A program made the translations under genes and the position numbers. The notes beneath the pieces are model-generated. The model made no database searches. It was not told the origin of the DNA and saw only the letters and a program-made list of their open reading frames with translations. Shown here piece after piece: positions 21,101-29,343 of a DNA stretch of 64,000 bases (the first letter of the stretch is position 1; each line of letters begins with the position of its first letter). Origin of the DNA: Candidatus Poribacteria bacterium (GTDB taxonomy: Bacteria; Poribacteria; WGA-4E; WGA-3G). Location: contig VXMD01000050.1 of assembly GCA_009841255.1 (NCBI GenBank), positions 17,533-81,532 on the forward strand, written 5' to 3'.

Positions 21101-21608
21101 TCACAGCGATTTGCAATAGTTTTCTGATCTTACGTGGGAGTGAACTATTAGACGGTATTCCGAAAGTCTTGAGTCCATTCTCTAAACCGCGCAGAAGGGC
21201 GATTGGTAGAGGGGCGCGCTCTCCAGAGATAAGCACAGGACAAAATCCGGATAGCGACCAATTTCCGTTACGCTTTGTATCCATAAATTGCTCATATAGT
21301 GTGATATCTCCATCATTTAATACTTTTAAGGCCTGTTGAGTTGTAACTGCCTCAGGATCCCCAAGAAGTTTCGCTGCGAAAAGTGCGAATGCTGATTTTC
21401 CCGACCCATAGGGACCGGTGAGCGACCATGCTTTCGATGTTGTCTCATTTTCGGGCGTCGCGAGGATACGCGATAACATCTCTCGCGCTGTGACAGTCAA
21501 AATGTATCCATCTAAGGCGTTCTCTGTATAGAAATCGCGTTCCAGATGAACCGAACGCCTAAAACGACCTTTAATCTGGAAAAATTTTGACAAGGGGGTG
21601 TTATCCAT
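18105..21608 (-). CDS. large P-loop NTPase (DUF499/SspC-like), 1167 aa
   Basis: Walker A TGPYGSGKSAF about 70 aa in. Walker B LLLVIDELGKF. Long helical C-terminal region. 8-nt overlap with the upstream DUF4007-like gene. Confidence 0.6.
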   Translation of the reverse strand: MDNTPLSKFFQIKGRFRRSVHLERDFYTENALDGYILTVTAREMLSRILATPENETTSKAWSLTGPYGSGKSAFALFAAKLLGDPEAVTTQQALKVLNDGDITLYEQFMDTKRNGNWSLSGFCPVLISGERAPLPIALLRGLENGLKTFGIPSNSSLPRKIRKLLQIAVNNTSLQASEITNLFESATRTIEKNGGQGLLLVIDELGKFLEYAAQNPAQGDVFVLQTLAEFATRSNQQTPLLLLTILHQAFEQYANKLAKSQQEEWAKIQGRFEDIAFVEPTEQVLRLISTAIERTPEGKEENLSLPIKFDLKPSQLTEDEFSELLRNCLPLHPTVVLVIDSIFRRFGQNERSLFAFLSSSEPHGFQDFLFNQHYNKDTLPLFSIADLYDYLKTNMGNRLYISHNSKKWAETELAIGRLSDSSAMSAKLIKTIGILGIVGEAVPNLKASESMLRYALDDKTDKFAHEFETSLATLQDRSIAIYRLYNKAYAIWEGSDVDLEAKLREAERHIDTQGSLSTDLSRYLPTRPLVARRHLFETGTLRYFAVQYTDLENFDTDIEKPVDDADGLVLYALPTNEHEANQLSKKASSTKLIERKEVLIAIPHPIGTLQDAVCQLASLRWVAEHTPELDGDAVARDELSAQQVQAEKEASDRLTAIFGEDSKGACTWYHKGQPVNINSQRARNTYLSKICDEIYDKTPIIQNELINRREISGAATTARKHLIKAMLENGDKNNLDIKSYPPQMSIYRSLLWNTGIHREVGGVWGFHPPHPDDKSRIVHTWQAIETFLSECEGERQPVIRLYERLMSPPLGVRNGPLSILLCATMLHHKTEIALYENGSFIPGWSMPVFERLLKVPQQFELKCFRIVGIRADLLAQFLEMLDQPVATENSDLLTAITPLIHSIAQLPKYVLTTQELSDASKNVRETVLNAREPDELLFNQLPEALGFPAFGTETATDTKIVSDFFTTLQDALSELEQAYEVLLNFIEQLLAKAFNLTPKKEELRTELVTKAEPLLEIVIETEFKGFLIRTCSSGYDFTSWLEAIATYLTKRPPASWTDMDKAQFEINLSQTARKFRHFEAVSYEKWDHTELPAGELIRVGVTRPKHLEQEQVVILPSTSEEQADKLERAIEKASNEIDTDGNPEFRLAVLGRISQKLMQESEKKRTT

Positions 21609-22536
21609 AATGTCTCTCTAAGAGTTTCATCAGGTTTAGATCGTCGCGTCGATAAACCTGTTTCAAACCTGTGGTTTCATCGTACTGTAGTGCTTCATTG
21701 GTAAGTTGTGCAAGGTTTTCAAGATATGCTGTCATTGTGTCTTCGTCTAACCTGAAGATTCGTCCGGGACTTAAAGGAGCGTACATCAAGTCTGAAAATG
21801 GTAACGCACCCCTTTCAGAAAAGCGGAGATCCCAAAATGCGATGAGCGTCGCTGTGAAAATCTCAACTGGCAGTGTCTCTTTCGCACCCCGTTGGAATTC
21901 ATATCCGTTACTTTCTGGCAATTCGGCGATTAAGTTGAGTTCAACAAGCGGACAGTCAAAGCTTTCCTCAACTACAGCAGCAGTGTGACGTGACTGACAA
22001 TACGTTCGGATAAAACAATTAACGTCACGTTGAAGTGTATTATCAGAAATGGATCTCATAAATTTTCTCTGTTGTACCCATTTGTATACCTCTTCTATGA
22101 ATGTTGTCGGAACGAATTGATTTTTCCTCAAAACGTTAAATGCCCAATACCATGCAGTTGCTTGATTGATGTTCGTTGTTATCTGCCAGTGAATTAGCCA
22201 TAGGGTGGCTGGATCGTCAAGATATGGATCAAAGCCATTTTTGTCGTTAAAAATGGCTTTGCCGAGTTCAGTTGGAACAAGTCTTCTACGCTGGTGCGGA
22301 TCCGCCTTAATGAGTCTAGCGACGGTACACCAGTGTCGAATAGAGCTTACCATGTTCTTTCCAACGCCTAAAGTAACGGAGGCATCTTCCGATGAAAAGA
22401 CAGTCGGATTTTCTGTTACAGCATCAACACCTTTTTTTAGCCATGTATATCGAAACGGAAAGGTCTGGTGGCCCGAGAAAGAAGGATTCATCAGCTGTGG
22501 TGGAATTGTGTGTTCAGCAATTAGAAAGTTTTCCAT
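21601..22536 (-). CDS. DUF4007-like protein (SspB-like), 311 aa
   Basis: Size and N-terminal features match what I recall of DUF4007. It is the first gene of the co-oriented three-gene operon. Confidence 0.45.
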   Translation of the reverse strand: MENFLIAEHTIPPQLMNPSFSGHQTFPFRYTWLKKGVDAVTENPTVFSSEDASVTLGVGKNMVSSIRHWCTVARLIKADPHQRRRLVPTELGKAIFNDKNGFDPYLDDPATLWLIHWQITTNINQATAWYWAFNVLRKNQFVPTTFIEEVYKWVQQRKFMRSISDNTLQRDVNCFIRTYCQSRHTAAVVEESFDCPLVELNLIAELPESNGYEFQRGAKETLPVEIFTATLIAFWDLRFSERGALPFSDLMYAPLSPGRIFRLDEDTMTAYLENLAQLTNEALQYDETTGLKQVYRRDDLNLMKLLERHYG

Positions 22537-22766
22537 ATAACTTATTATATCTTATATACTGGAAGGAAATCAACGCCTATCCGCAAAGATTCGGGATATT
22601 TTTTGGACATTTTTTTGAAAATCTGATATGCTTTTATTGTCGGATGCAGTAGCCTGTGATTAAGAGGATTCCTCACATTTCTGTAATACCATTGATTGGA
22701 TAAAACCCTTGGATGATGTATCATACGCTCTTTTTTCTTTAAGTTTTATAGTATTACCTTCAGCAA

Positions 22767-23876
22767 GTGGATTACCAGATGCCTAAATATGAAGTTGGAA
22801 TCACGGATATTAACGTAGTTGTCCGCCGTTTAGGTTATATTTCTGCCATTCTACGATTGCTTGAGCATAAAACACTAAGCGAGTCAGTGCTTTATACTCG
22901 GCTTGAAAGGTGGAGCCTTAACCACAAACAGAATTTGAAGGATTACGCAAATGAGCAAGGGTTTATTAAGGCAACACGCGGGCAAACTGCCTCAAAACGC
23001 TACACTAACTTCGTTGTTTCAATGGGACTTATAGGGCGAATTGCTGGTGCTTGCCGTGTAACTCGATTTGGAAAGCCATTGCTTCCTTTTCTTCGCCGGA
23101 TTCCTAGTCAAAATCCATTTGAACTGACTGACGCTGAACGCTGTGCGTATCTATATTGGCTTCTGTTGAAGGATGGCGATCAACTTCTCACAGTTATTAG
23201 GATGTTAGTAGAAAAGCATTCTCGATCTTTGTCTGGTTTACAGAACGCTTTTCCTACGTTTTATCTTCAGCAATTGAAAGATCGTATGCTGACAGCGGAA
23301 GAACACGTAGCTCCGGAAATCTTGGCAGTACGGAACCGAGTGGCACATTGGGGAGAAGGGACAGGACGTTCTATAGAAAATATTGTGCCGCCTCGACTTC
23401 ATTGGTTGGCAGACCTCGGTTTGGTTGCAGTTGAGAATGATGGAAAGAGACAGGCTCGGTTAACAGAGATGGGGATACAATTTTCTCAGTCTCTTCCGAA
23501 AATTCAAGGAACGCTGACTTTTCATACAAGTTCAGTGTGGTTGCGGCAGCAATTCTTTGGTATGGCTGGACAGGTACTTGTGGGCAAAATTGATCGACAA
23601 TGGACAGAAATACATAATTCAGAAAGAAGAGAGCTGCTTCACAAACTCACTTTTCAAGCTTTTGAAACGCTCCGGAGTACACCTGCCCCGCAGATTTCTT
23701 TATATCCGGCACTTATTTATATGGCACTCCTTCTTATGAAGGATAACGGAATCGCGGTGAACCTTGAGGAGCTCCATGCAGATTTAGATGCGTTTTCTAA
23801 AGAACCTGACCCACGATATACAGTCCGGTTTTCTCACCGTGAAAATGAGTCCTATCTTATTTTTTTTCCAACCTAA
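22767..23876 (+). CDS. hypothetical protein, first gene of a 3-gene operon
   Basis: 369-aa ORF with no recognisable motifs. Sits divergent from the Ssp-like operon across a low-GC region. Confidence 0.6.
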   Translation: MDYQMPKYEVGITDINVVVRRLGYISAILRLLEHKTLSESVLYTRLERWSLNHKQNLKDYANEQGFIKATRGQTASKRYTNFVVSMGLIGRIAGACRVTRFGKPLLPFLRRIPSQNPFELTDAERCAYLYWLLLKDGDQLLTVIRMLVEKHSRSLSGLQNAFPTFYLQQLKDRMLTAEEHVAPEILAVRNRVAHWGEGTGRSIENIVPPRLHWLADLGLVAVENDGKRQARLTEMGIQFSQSLPKIQGTLTFHTSSVWLRQQFFGMAGQVLVGKIDRQWTEIHNSERRELLHKLTFQAFETLRSTPAPQISLYPALIYMALLLMKDNGIAVNLEELHADLDAFSKEPDPRYTVRFSHRENESYLIFFPT

Positions 23877-23886
23877 CCCAAGGCTT

Positions 23887-24522
23887 ATGGATATTCTGAT
23901 TCCTGATACATCATCGCTCATAAACATACATAAGATTTATGTGGGACGAACCCACATTATTGATGTTTTAAATCAACTGTTCAATGTGCAAGTCTCACGA
24001 GAAATTCCGCACGAAATCAGACGCAGGAAAAATAAATTAGGGGACTATGACAAACAGATGTTGCAATTTGTGCGTCAGGCAAGGCGATATTTTCACCGTG
24101 AACGGGATTATGAGAAGCTCCTTTTCAACCAATTTTCACCGGATGGCAATCCATGTAAAAATCAAGGAGAACGTTATAACTGCGCGCTGGCATTTTATCT
24201 CGTTCGGAAACGACGGACAGGACAAGTTATCATACTAACAGATGATAGGAAGGCACGGCGAGGTTTGATTGAATGGTACGAAAATCGCTTCACAGCGACA
24301 AGAACTTGGTCCTCTTTGGAATTGCTTTTACATGTCTATCTGGTTATGTTTCCAAGGTGGCCGTATGCTCAGGCTGAAGCGGCTTTAAAACATGTAAACC
24401 CTTATGTTGCAGGAAAAAAGGAGGAGATGACCAAGCGTCTTCGTGAGTATTGCCGTTATCTCATGGAGTTACATATTATGTTGAAAGGCTTACCATCTGT
24501 AAGAAAACGAGGTGAGTTATGA
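23887..24522 (+). CDS. hypothetical protein with a PIN-like N-terminus
   Basis: ATG at 23887 lies 10 nt after the upstream stop. N-terminal MDILIPDTSSLINI resembles a PIN-domain start. The ORF as called from 23788 overlaps the upstream gene and was trimmed. Confidence 0.45.
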   Translation: MDILIPDTSSLINIHKIYVGRTHIIDVLNQLFNVQVSREIPHEIRRRKNKLGDYDKQMLQFVRQARRYFHRERDYEKLLFNQFSPDGNPCKNQGERYNCALAFYLVRKRRTGQVIILTDDRKARRGLIEWYENRFTATRTWSSLELLLHVYLVMFPRWPYAQAEAALKHVNPYVAGKKEEMTKRLREYCRYLMELHIMLKGLPSVRKRGEL

Positions 24523-25694
24523 AATTCTTGATTGATTGGGATGTAGCCGGTTTACGGGAGAACCCCTTTATAATTGGCCCTCCAACTAATCCCCAGCAGG
24601 CAATTTGGGCAGGTCTAAAAGAACTCAAAGGCGAATTTAAAAATGCCTTTCGGGAGGCCAAAGCATCAGCGCCAACGCAAGTGGTATTATGCCGAGGGGC
24701 TATTGGGGCAGGCAAAACACACGCTTCACTTTTCTTTAGTTCTGACCAAAATATGCCTGAGACATCACCGAGCGTCCAAAATATAGAAGTTTTAAGAGTT
24801 CAAACACCTACTGAAACTGGGAATCCAGCAAGAGATTTTTATCTGGATGTCATAGATCAGATTGGACTTGACCGAATAGGGAAGGCTATTAAAAAAAACG
24901 TGGAAGCCGTTGGGCGCGATGTAGTTGAACGAAACCTTCGCCAAACGGTGGTGAGTGGTGATTTTGCGAACGCTCTGCTAAAATTATTTGAGGCTTCGCC
25001 AATTTCTCCGGGGGCTAGCTTACCGCTAAGTGCCTACTTCCTCGGTAAATGCACAACTACGGAATTGCGAAAACTTGGCTTGAATCGAAACATTGAGAAA
25101 ACACAAGATTACTTTCGAGTTTTGGCAGGGGTTTTTCAATGTCTTACGGGATTATCTGAATCCTCTGATGTAACTCAGCACAATCGATTCTGTCTATGGA
25201 TTGATGAAATGGAGAATTTCATCTATTTTACACCGCCGCAATACCGTCCCTTCGGACAAGGATTGCGTGAACTGGTAGATCGGCTCCCCTATTTCTTCAC
25301 ACTTTTCATGAATTTCACGCTGACCGCGCCAGAGGAATATGAAGAAATTGAACTGATTCTCGGAGGTTATCTCACTGACCGGATTACTCGACAGGTTTTC
25401 TTTCATGAAGTGAAGGATCAAGAAAAGCTGCTGCAATATGTCCGCGAACTTCTCTGTTACTACAGACCCCAAGAAAAACCCAAAACACCTTATTTCCCGT
25501 TTACGGAGGACGCACTTAGGGCACTCACGTCTAACTTACAACATGGAACACCGAGAGATGTGAATAAGCGGTGTCGTAATGCCCTGATGCGAGCGTTTGA
25601 AAAGGGAATTTTTGAAGAAGGAAAAAACTCGGAAATTACTCTCAAATTTGTACAGGAGATAAGTCAGGAAGAATTGGATAAAGAGATCGGATAA
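24519..25694 (+). CDS. P-loop NTPase
   Basis: Walker A GAIGAGKTH and Walker B CLWIDEMENF. ATGA overlap with the upstream gene. Confidence 0.65.
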   Translation: MKFLIDWDVAGLRENPFIIGPPTNPQQAIWAGLKELKGEFKNAFREAKASAPTQVVLCRGAIGAGKTHASLFFSSDQNMPETSPSVQNIEVLRVQTPTETGNPARDFYLDVIDQIGLDRIGKAIKKNVEAVGRDVVERNLRQTVVSGDFANALLKLFEASPISPGASLPLSAYFLGKCTTTELRKLGLNRNIEKTQDYFRVLAGVFQCLTGLSESSDVTQHNRFCLWIDEMENFIYFTPPQYRPFGQGLRELVDRLPYFFTLFMNFTLTAPEEYEEIELILGGYLTDRITRQVFFHEVKDQEKLLQYVRELLCYYRPQEKPKTPYFPFTEDALRALTSNLQHGTPRDVNKRCRNALMRAFEKGIFEEGKNSEITLKFVQEISQEELDKEIG

Positions 25695-26009
25695 TCAAAA
25701 TCACAATTTCCATAAAGTGATTTATCAGACATCGGAAGTTGGATAATCGCACTAATATGCTGATTTGTATCCAGAACAACTCGCATTAGGGAGACAACTT
25801 ACTCCTTTTACGAGCTATCTCCGCGCGTCCCTCAGCAATTGCTTGTTCAATATCTGCTTGTGCTTCTTCTTCACTCACGGCTGGCAAGTTTTCGGCGAAT
25901 TCCAAACGAATCTTCAGAAATCGTATAATATCGCCCACTCAGAGTGAATTATTTTCGGCCATCATAAACCGTGATACCATAAACCCAATTATTTCGTAAG
26001 CCCTAAATC

Positions 26010-26279
26010 TCATAGTTCGCCAAGCAATTTCTCATATTCTGTATGTGGACCGATCCAGAACCAAACAATTACGCCGTTCTCAACAGCCCCAACCGCTCGG
26101 TAATTGATGTTGATGCGAACGGAGTAAATTGAATCTGTGTTGTGGACTTTCTTGAATTGTAGGCTCGGATGGTGTGAGTTCTCAATGAAGAGTTTGTATG
26201 CCTCCTTAGCCTGCTGTTGAATGTTACTTGGTAATTTCGCGAGCATCTGGCGAAAGTGGTTTGTCGTTCTTGAATTCAT
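26010..26279 (-). CDS. RelE/ParE family type II toxin
   Basis: 89 aa with a RelE/ParE-like fold signature. 4-nt overlap with the upstream antitoxin. Confidence 0.65.
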   Translation of the reverse strand: MNSRTTNHFRQMLAKLPSNIQQQAKEAYKLFIENSHHPSLQFKKVHNTDSIYSVRININYRAVGAVENGVIVWFWIGPHTEYEKLLGEL

Positions 26280-26494
26280 AGTTGGTCTGGATCGAGTTCT
26301 CTTGTTTGACCACTACGATACTCGGCAATTGCTTCAGAAGCCAGTTTAGATAATACCTCTTGAGAATTGGCGAATAATCTATCCCATTTCTTCTCAGAGC
26401 GGAGTTCAGCAAGCACCCAATCCGCCAGGACATCTTGTTCCTTCGGTGAGAGTTTTGATGCTTCTGTAAAAGCTTGTTCAAGGCGTGTTGTCAT
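26276..26494 (-). CDS. antitoxin (addiction module component)
   Basis: LSPKEQDVLADWVLAEL motif. ATG at 26492-26494 is preceded by GGAGGT with 7-nt spacing. The called TTG at 26510-26512 is less likely. Confidence 0.6.
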   Translation of the reverse strand: MTTRLEQAFTEASKLSPKEQDVLADWVLAELRSEKKWDRLFANSQEVLSKLASEAIAEYRSGQTRELDPDQL

Positions 26495-27038
26495 TGAGAT
26501 ACCTCCATACAAAAAGGGGTTAGCAATGCAGTGTTCAGTATGATCCTGAGCATGTCGAGCAGCGGTTTCCCATTTTTCTCATTGATATGCCTCGCGATCA
26601 CTCTGGCAAATAAACAAATCCGCTGATTACCTATTATACCACCTGTTCCCTCAAAATGCAACAAAAACTGGCATCTTCATCAGAGCCATTCAGTTTTTGA
26701 GATTACTATAAGTTTATTATGTTTTCACATTTGTGTTTTCACGGAGAAGGAGCATATTGCGCCTTGGAAACCCACGGCACGCCTATGTCCGTAAAAAAAT
26801 CTCCGTGAAGTCTCCGTGAAAGTGCGGGTTTCTAACGAGCGTTTATCGTAAAGGCAACAATGACTGATCTTCATCCCCGTTTTCAGAGTTTACTCTGAAT
26901 ACTCTGAAACTCACAGCGGTTTCTTTTCTATATTTCTGAGCTATGTCTCCATGATCGCAGCCTTACTGATCATTAACTGCCGGTTGCTGAGTTCTCATAA
27001 CTATGGTAGATTTTAGAATTACCTTGACACGCTGCATC

Positions 27039-27059
27039 GGCGAGGTTACAAACCTCGCC
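27039..27059. repeat. REP-like short hairpin GGCGAGGTT-ACA-AACCTCGCC
   Basis: 9-bp perfect stem. Member of a three-copy family in this window. Confidence 0.5.
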
Positions 27060-27214
27060 TACCGCGATAGGGGGTGCGTTTCGGGTTGGGGGACCCAACC
27101 CCTACGAAACTGTCCATATATTTTTAGGATTTACCATAAATGATGCTGTCTCCAACCAGGACCATTCAATTGTACCTATTCCCTTTATGTATGTTAATAT
27201 TTTCGCCTGTAGGA

Positions 27215-27238
27215 GCGAGCTGTGCTCGCGATTTTTCC
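27215..27238 (+). terminator. Rho-independent terminator-like hairpin GCGAGC-TGT-GCTCGC followed by ATTTTTCC
   Basis: Perfect 6-bp GC-rich stem followed by a T-run. There is no annotated upstream CDS, so it may terminate a small RNA. Confidence 0.4.
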
Positions 27239-27317
27239 GAAGACCGTTCACTTATGTAAGGCAAAACCAATATCCAAATCGAGAATTGAATGACCCTGTG
27301 TCTCCTACAGGGAAAAA

Positions 27318-27346
27318 TTGCAGGAGAAGTAGGGATGTGCTATACT
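27318..27346 (+). promoter_or_regulatory. sigma70-like promoter TTGCAG-17-TATACT for the FGE gene
   Basis: 17-nt spacer. Located 45 nt upstream of ATG 27391. Confidence 0.45.
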
Positions 27347-27390
27347 GGAAGTGGAAAGTTTACTGCTATTATTTATTTTAGAGGATCTTC

Positions 27391-28119
27391 TTGCCTACCA
27401 TGCACATCAATACATTCGATTACTCTTTAATCCATATCCCTGCTGGGGCGTTCATAATGGGGACGATTCCAACTGGAATGCGGAAGACGGATCCAGAGGA
27501 GCCGCAACGGAGCGTTCTGCTCGATGCCTATGCCATCGGGACGTCTCAGGTCACAAACGCGCAATACGCGCAGTTTGTTGAGGAGACAGGATACCCGCAA
27601 CCGCTGTTCTGGAACGAGGAACCTTTTAACGCTCCCGATTTTCCGGTCGTCGGTGTGAGTTGGCACGATGTGACAGGTTTTTTGGAATGGCTCAGCGAGC
27701 GTGAAGGTATGGGATATCGCTTGCCGTCGGAGGCGGAGTGGGAGAAGGCTGCGCGTGGCACGGATGCTCGGGAGTATCCGTGGGGAGATGTATGGGATGC
27801 GAGTCGAGCGAATACATCGGAGTCGGGGAATAAGCGGCTGATGCCGGTGGGGAGTTATCCGTCGGGTGTGAGTCCTTACGGGTGCTACGATATGGCGGGC
27901 AACGCTTACGATTGGTGTTTCGACTGGTTTCACATGGAGACGTATAAGTACTCGCCTATTGAGAATCCGTTGGGGGCGAGTGAGGGACGGCGGAAGGTGA
28001 TTCGTGGGGGTTCGTGGATTGCGCGTGGGGAGTTCGCTGCGCGGTGTGCGAACCGTGCGGCGTATGAGCCGATCCGAGGAATTCATAGCGTCGGTTTTCG
28101 GATTGCCATGGACCTTTGA
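27391..28119 (+). CDS. formylglycine-generating enzyme (SUMF1/FGE-sulfatase) family protein
   Basis: GSYP.G.SPYGCYDMAGNAYDWC and RGGSW motifs. TGA stop overlaps the ATG of mutY. Confidence 0.8.
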   Translation: MPTMHINTFDYSLIHIPAGAFIMGTIPTGMRKTDPEEPQRSVLLDAYAIGTSQVTNAQYAQFVEETGYPQPLFWNEEPFNAPDFPVVGVSWHDVTGFLEWLSEREGMGYRLPSEAEWEKAARGTDAREYPWGDVWDASRANTSESGNKRLMPVGSYPSGVSPYGCYDMAGNAYDWCFDWFHMETYKYSPIENPLGASEGRRKVIRGGSWIARGEFAARCANRAAYEPIRGIHSVGFRIAMDL

Positions 28120-29213
28120 ATATGCACAAAAAGCCTTTACACGAACACTACCAAGATTTTCGGGACGCGTTGTTGGCGTGGTTTGACGTGTATCAGCGCG
28201 ATATGCCGTGGCGACGGACCGGTGATCCTTACCGGATTTGGGTGTCTGAGGTGATGCTCCAGCAGACACAGGTCAAGAAGGTCGTGGAATACTATGAGCG
28301 ATTTATCGAGCTGTTCCCCAATGTGCAACACTTGGCAGCTGCACCGCTGCAAGATGTCCTGAAGGTGTGGGAAGGTCTGGGGTATTATGCGAGGGCACGG
28401 AATCTCCACAAAGCGGCACAGGTCGTTGTAGATGAACTGGACGGGAAGATACCTGAGGATTATGCGGGTTTTCGGAAGTTGCCGGGTGTCGGGGATTACA
28501 GCGCGGCGGCGGTGCAGAGTATCGCTTTTAATGCACCATACGCCGCTGTGGATGGGAACATTAAACGCGTGCTGGCACGCCTGTTCCTGATGGAGTCGCC
28601 GATTAACGACGCCAAGTCAGCGAAGGTGTTTCAGCAGAAAGCGGATGCGCTTTTGGACGTGAATGCCCCTGGATGCTTCAATCAGGCGATGATGGAGTTG
28701 GGGGCAACCGTGTGTCGTCCGCAATCCCCGACGTGTCTTGTGTGTCCCGTGAATTCGTTTTGTGCGGCGTTCCGGACGGCACGTCAAGACGAGTTTCCGT
28801 ATCGGCGCGAGACGAAACCTGTTCCGGAACACCATCTCGCTGTCGGGGTTATCTATAGGGACGAGACGGTTTTACTCACACAGCGGCAACTGGACGGTTT
28901 GCTCGGTGGGCTTTGGGAGTTTCCGGGCGGACAACTCGCCGAGGGTGAGACTGCCGAGGCGGCTTGTGTTCGGCATATCGCTGAGGTCGTCAACCTCTCT
29001 GTCACCAATGTGCGGTATCTCACGCGGGTTAGGCATGCTTATACGCATTTCAAGGTGGTTGTAGATGTGTTTCAGTGCGATTATCAGGCGGGTGAGGTCG
29101 TGCTGAAGGGGCCGCGGGATGCGAAGTGGGTCGCGGTTACGGCACTAAAGGAGTATCCGCTCCCGCGTGTGACGCATAAGTTTTTGGAAGAATTGATTGC
29201 GGATGGAACGTAA
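28116..29213 (+). CDS. mutY: A/G-specific adenine DNA glycosylase
   Basis: HhH-GPD domain. 4Fe-4S cluster loop CRPQSPTCLVCPVNSFC. C-terminal NUDIX-like domain. Confidence 0.9.
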   Translation: MNMHKKPLHEHYQDFRDALLAWFDVYQRDMPWRRTGDPYRIWVSEVMLQQTQVKKVVEYYERFIELFPNVQHLAAAPLQDVLKVWEGLGYYARARNLHKAAQVVVDELDGKIPEDYAGFRKLPGVGDYSAAAVQSIAFNAPYAAVDGNIKRVLARLFLMESPINDAKSAKVFQQKADALLDVNAPGCFNQAMMELGATVCRPQSPTCLVCPVNSFCAAFRTARQDEFPYRRETKPVPEHHLAVGVIYRDETVLLTQRQLDGLLGGLWEFPGGQLAEGETAEAACVRHIAEVVNLSVTNVRYLTRVRHAYTHFKVVVDVFQCDYQAGEVVLKGPRDAKWVAVTALKEYPLPRVTHKFLEELIADGT

Positions 29214-29343
29214 TGATTGTTTGTAGTCGCGCAATGGTGCACGTCGCGTGTGGACTTACGGGACACTGCGCCTTGAAACGTGCGATGAATCGCACGACTA
29301 CGAACTTAAACTATCTGGTAGAATTATGGTGAAGAAAGATGCG

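Noticed and set aside
18105-21608. The 1167-aa ATPase as BREX BrxC/PglY (type 4 BREX with BrxP)
   Set aside because: No PglZ or BrxL-like genes are in the neighbourhood. A DUF4007-like gene is present instead, which fits the Ssp-type arrangement better. It was kept only as an alternative.
27039-27120. GGCGAGGTT...AACCTCGCC followed by GGGTTGGGGGACCCAACCCC, as a possible tRNA
   Set aside because: The stems are too long (9 and 8 bp) with 3-nt loops. No acceptor, D-arm or T-arm geometry is present. The first hairpin recurs as a REP-like repeat elsewhere.
27427-28269. Long antisense ORFs such as 27427..28269(-), 36167..36622(-), 3701..4093(-), 55383..55769(+) and 42849..43298(-)
   Set aside because: They are embedded in the opposite strand of confidently identified genes (FGE/mutY, GT4, SpoIIM-like, murA, vWA). 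Their translations are Arg/Pro/Ser-rich and low-complexity, as expected for shadow ORFs.
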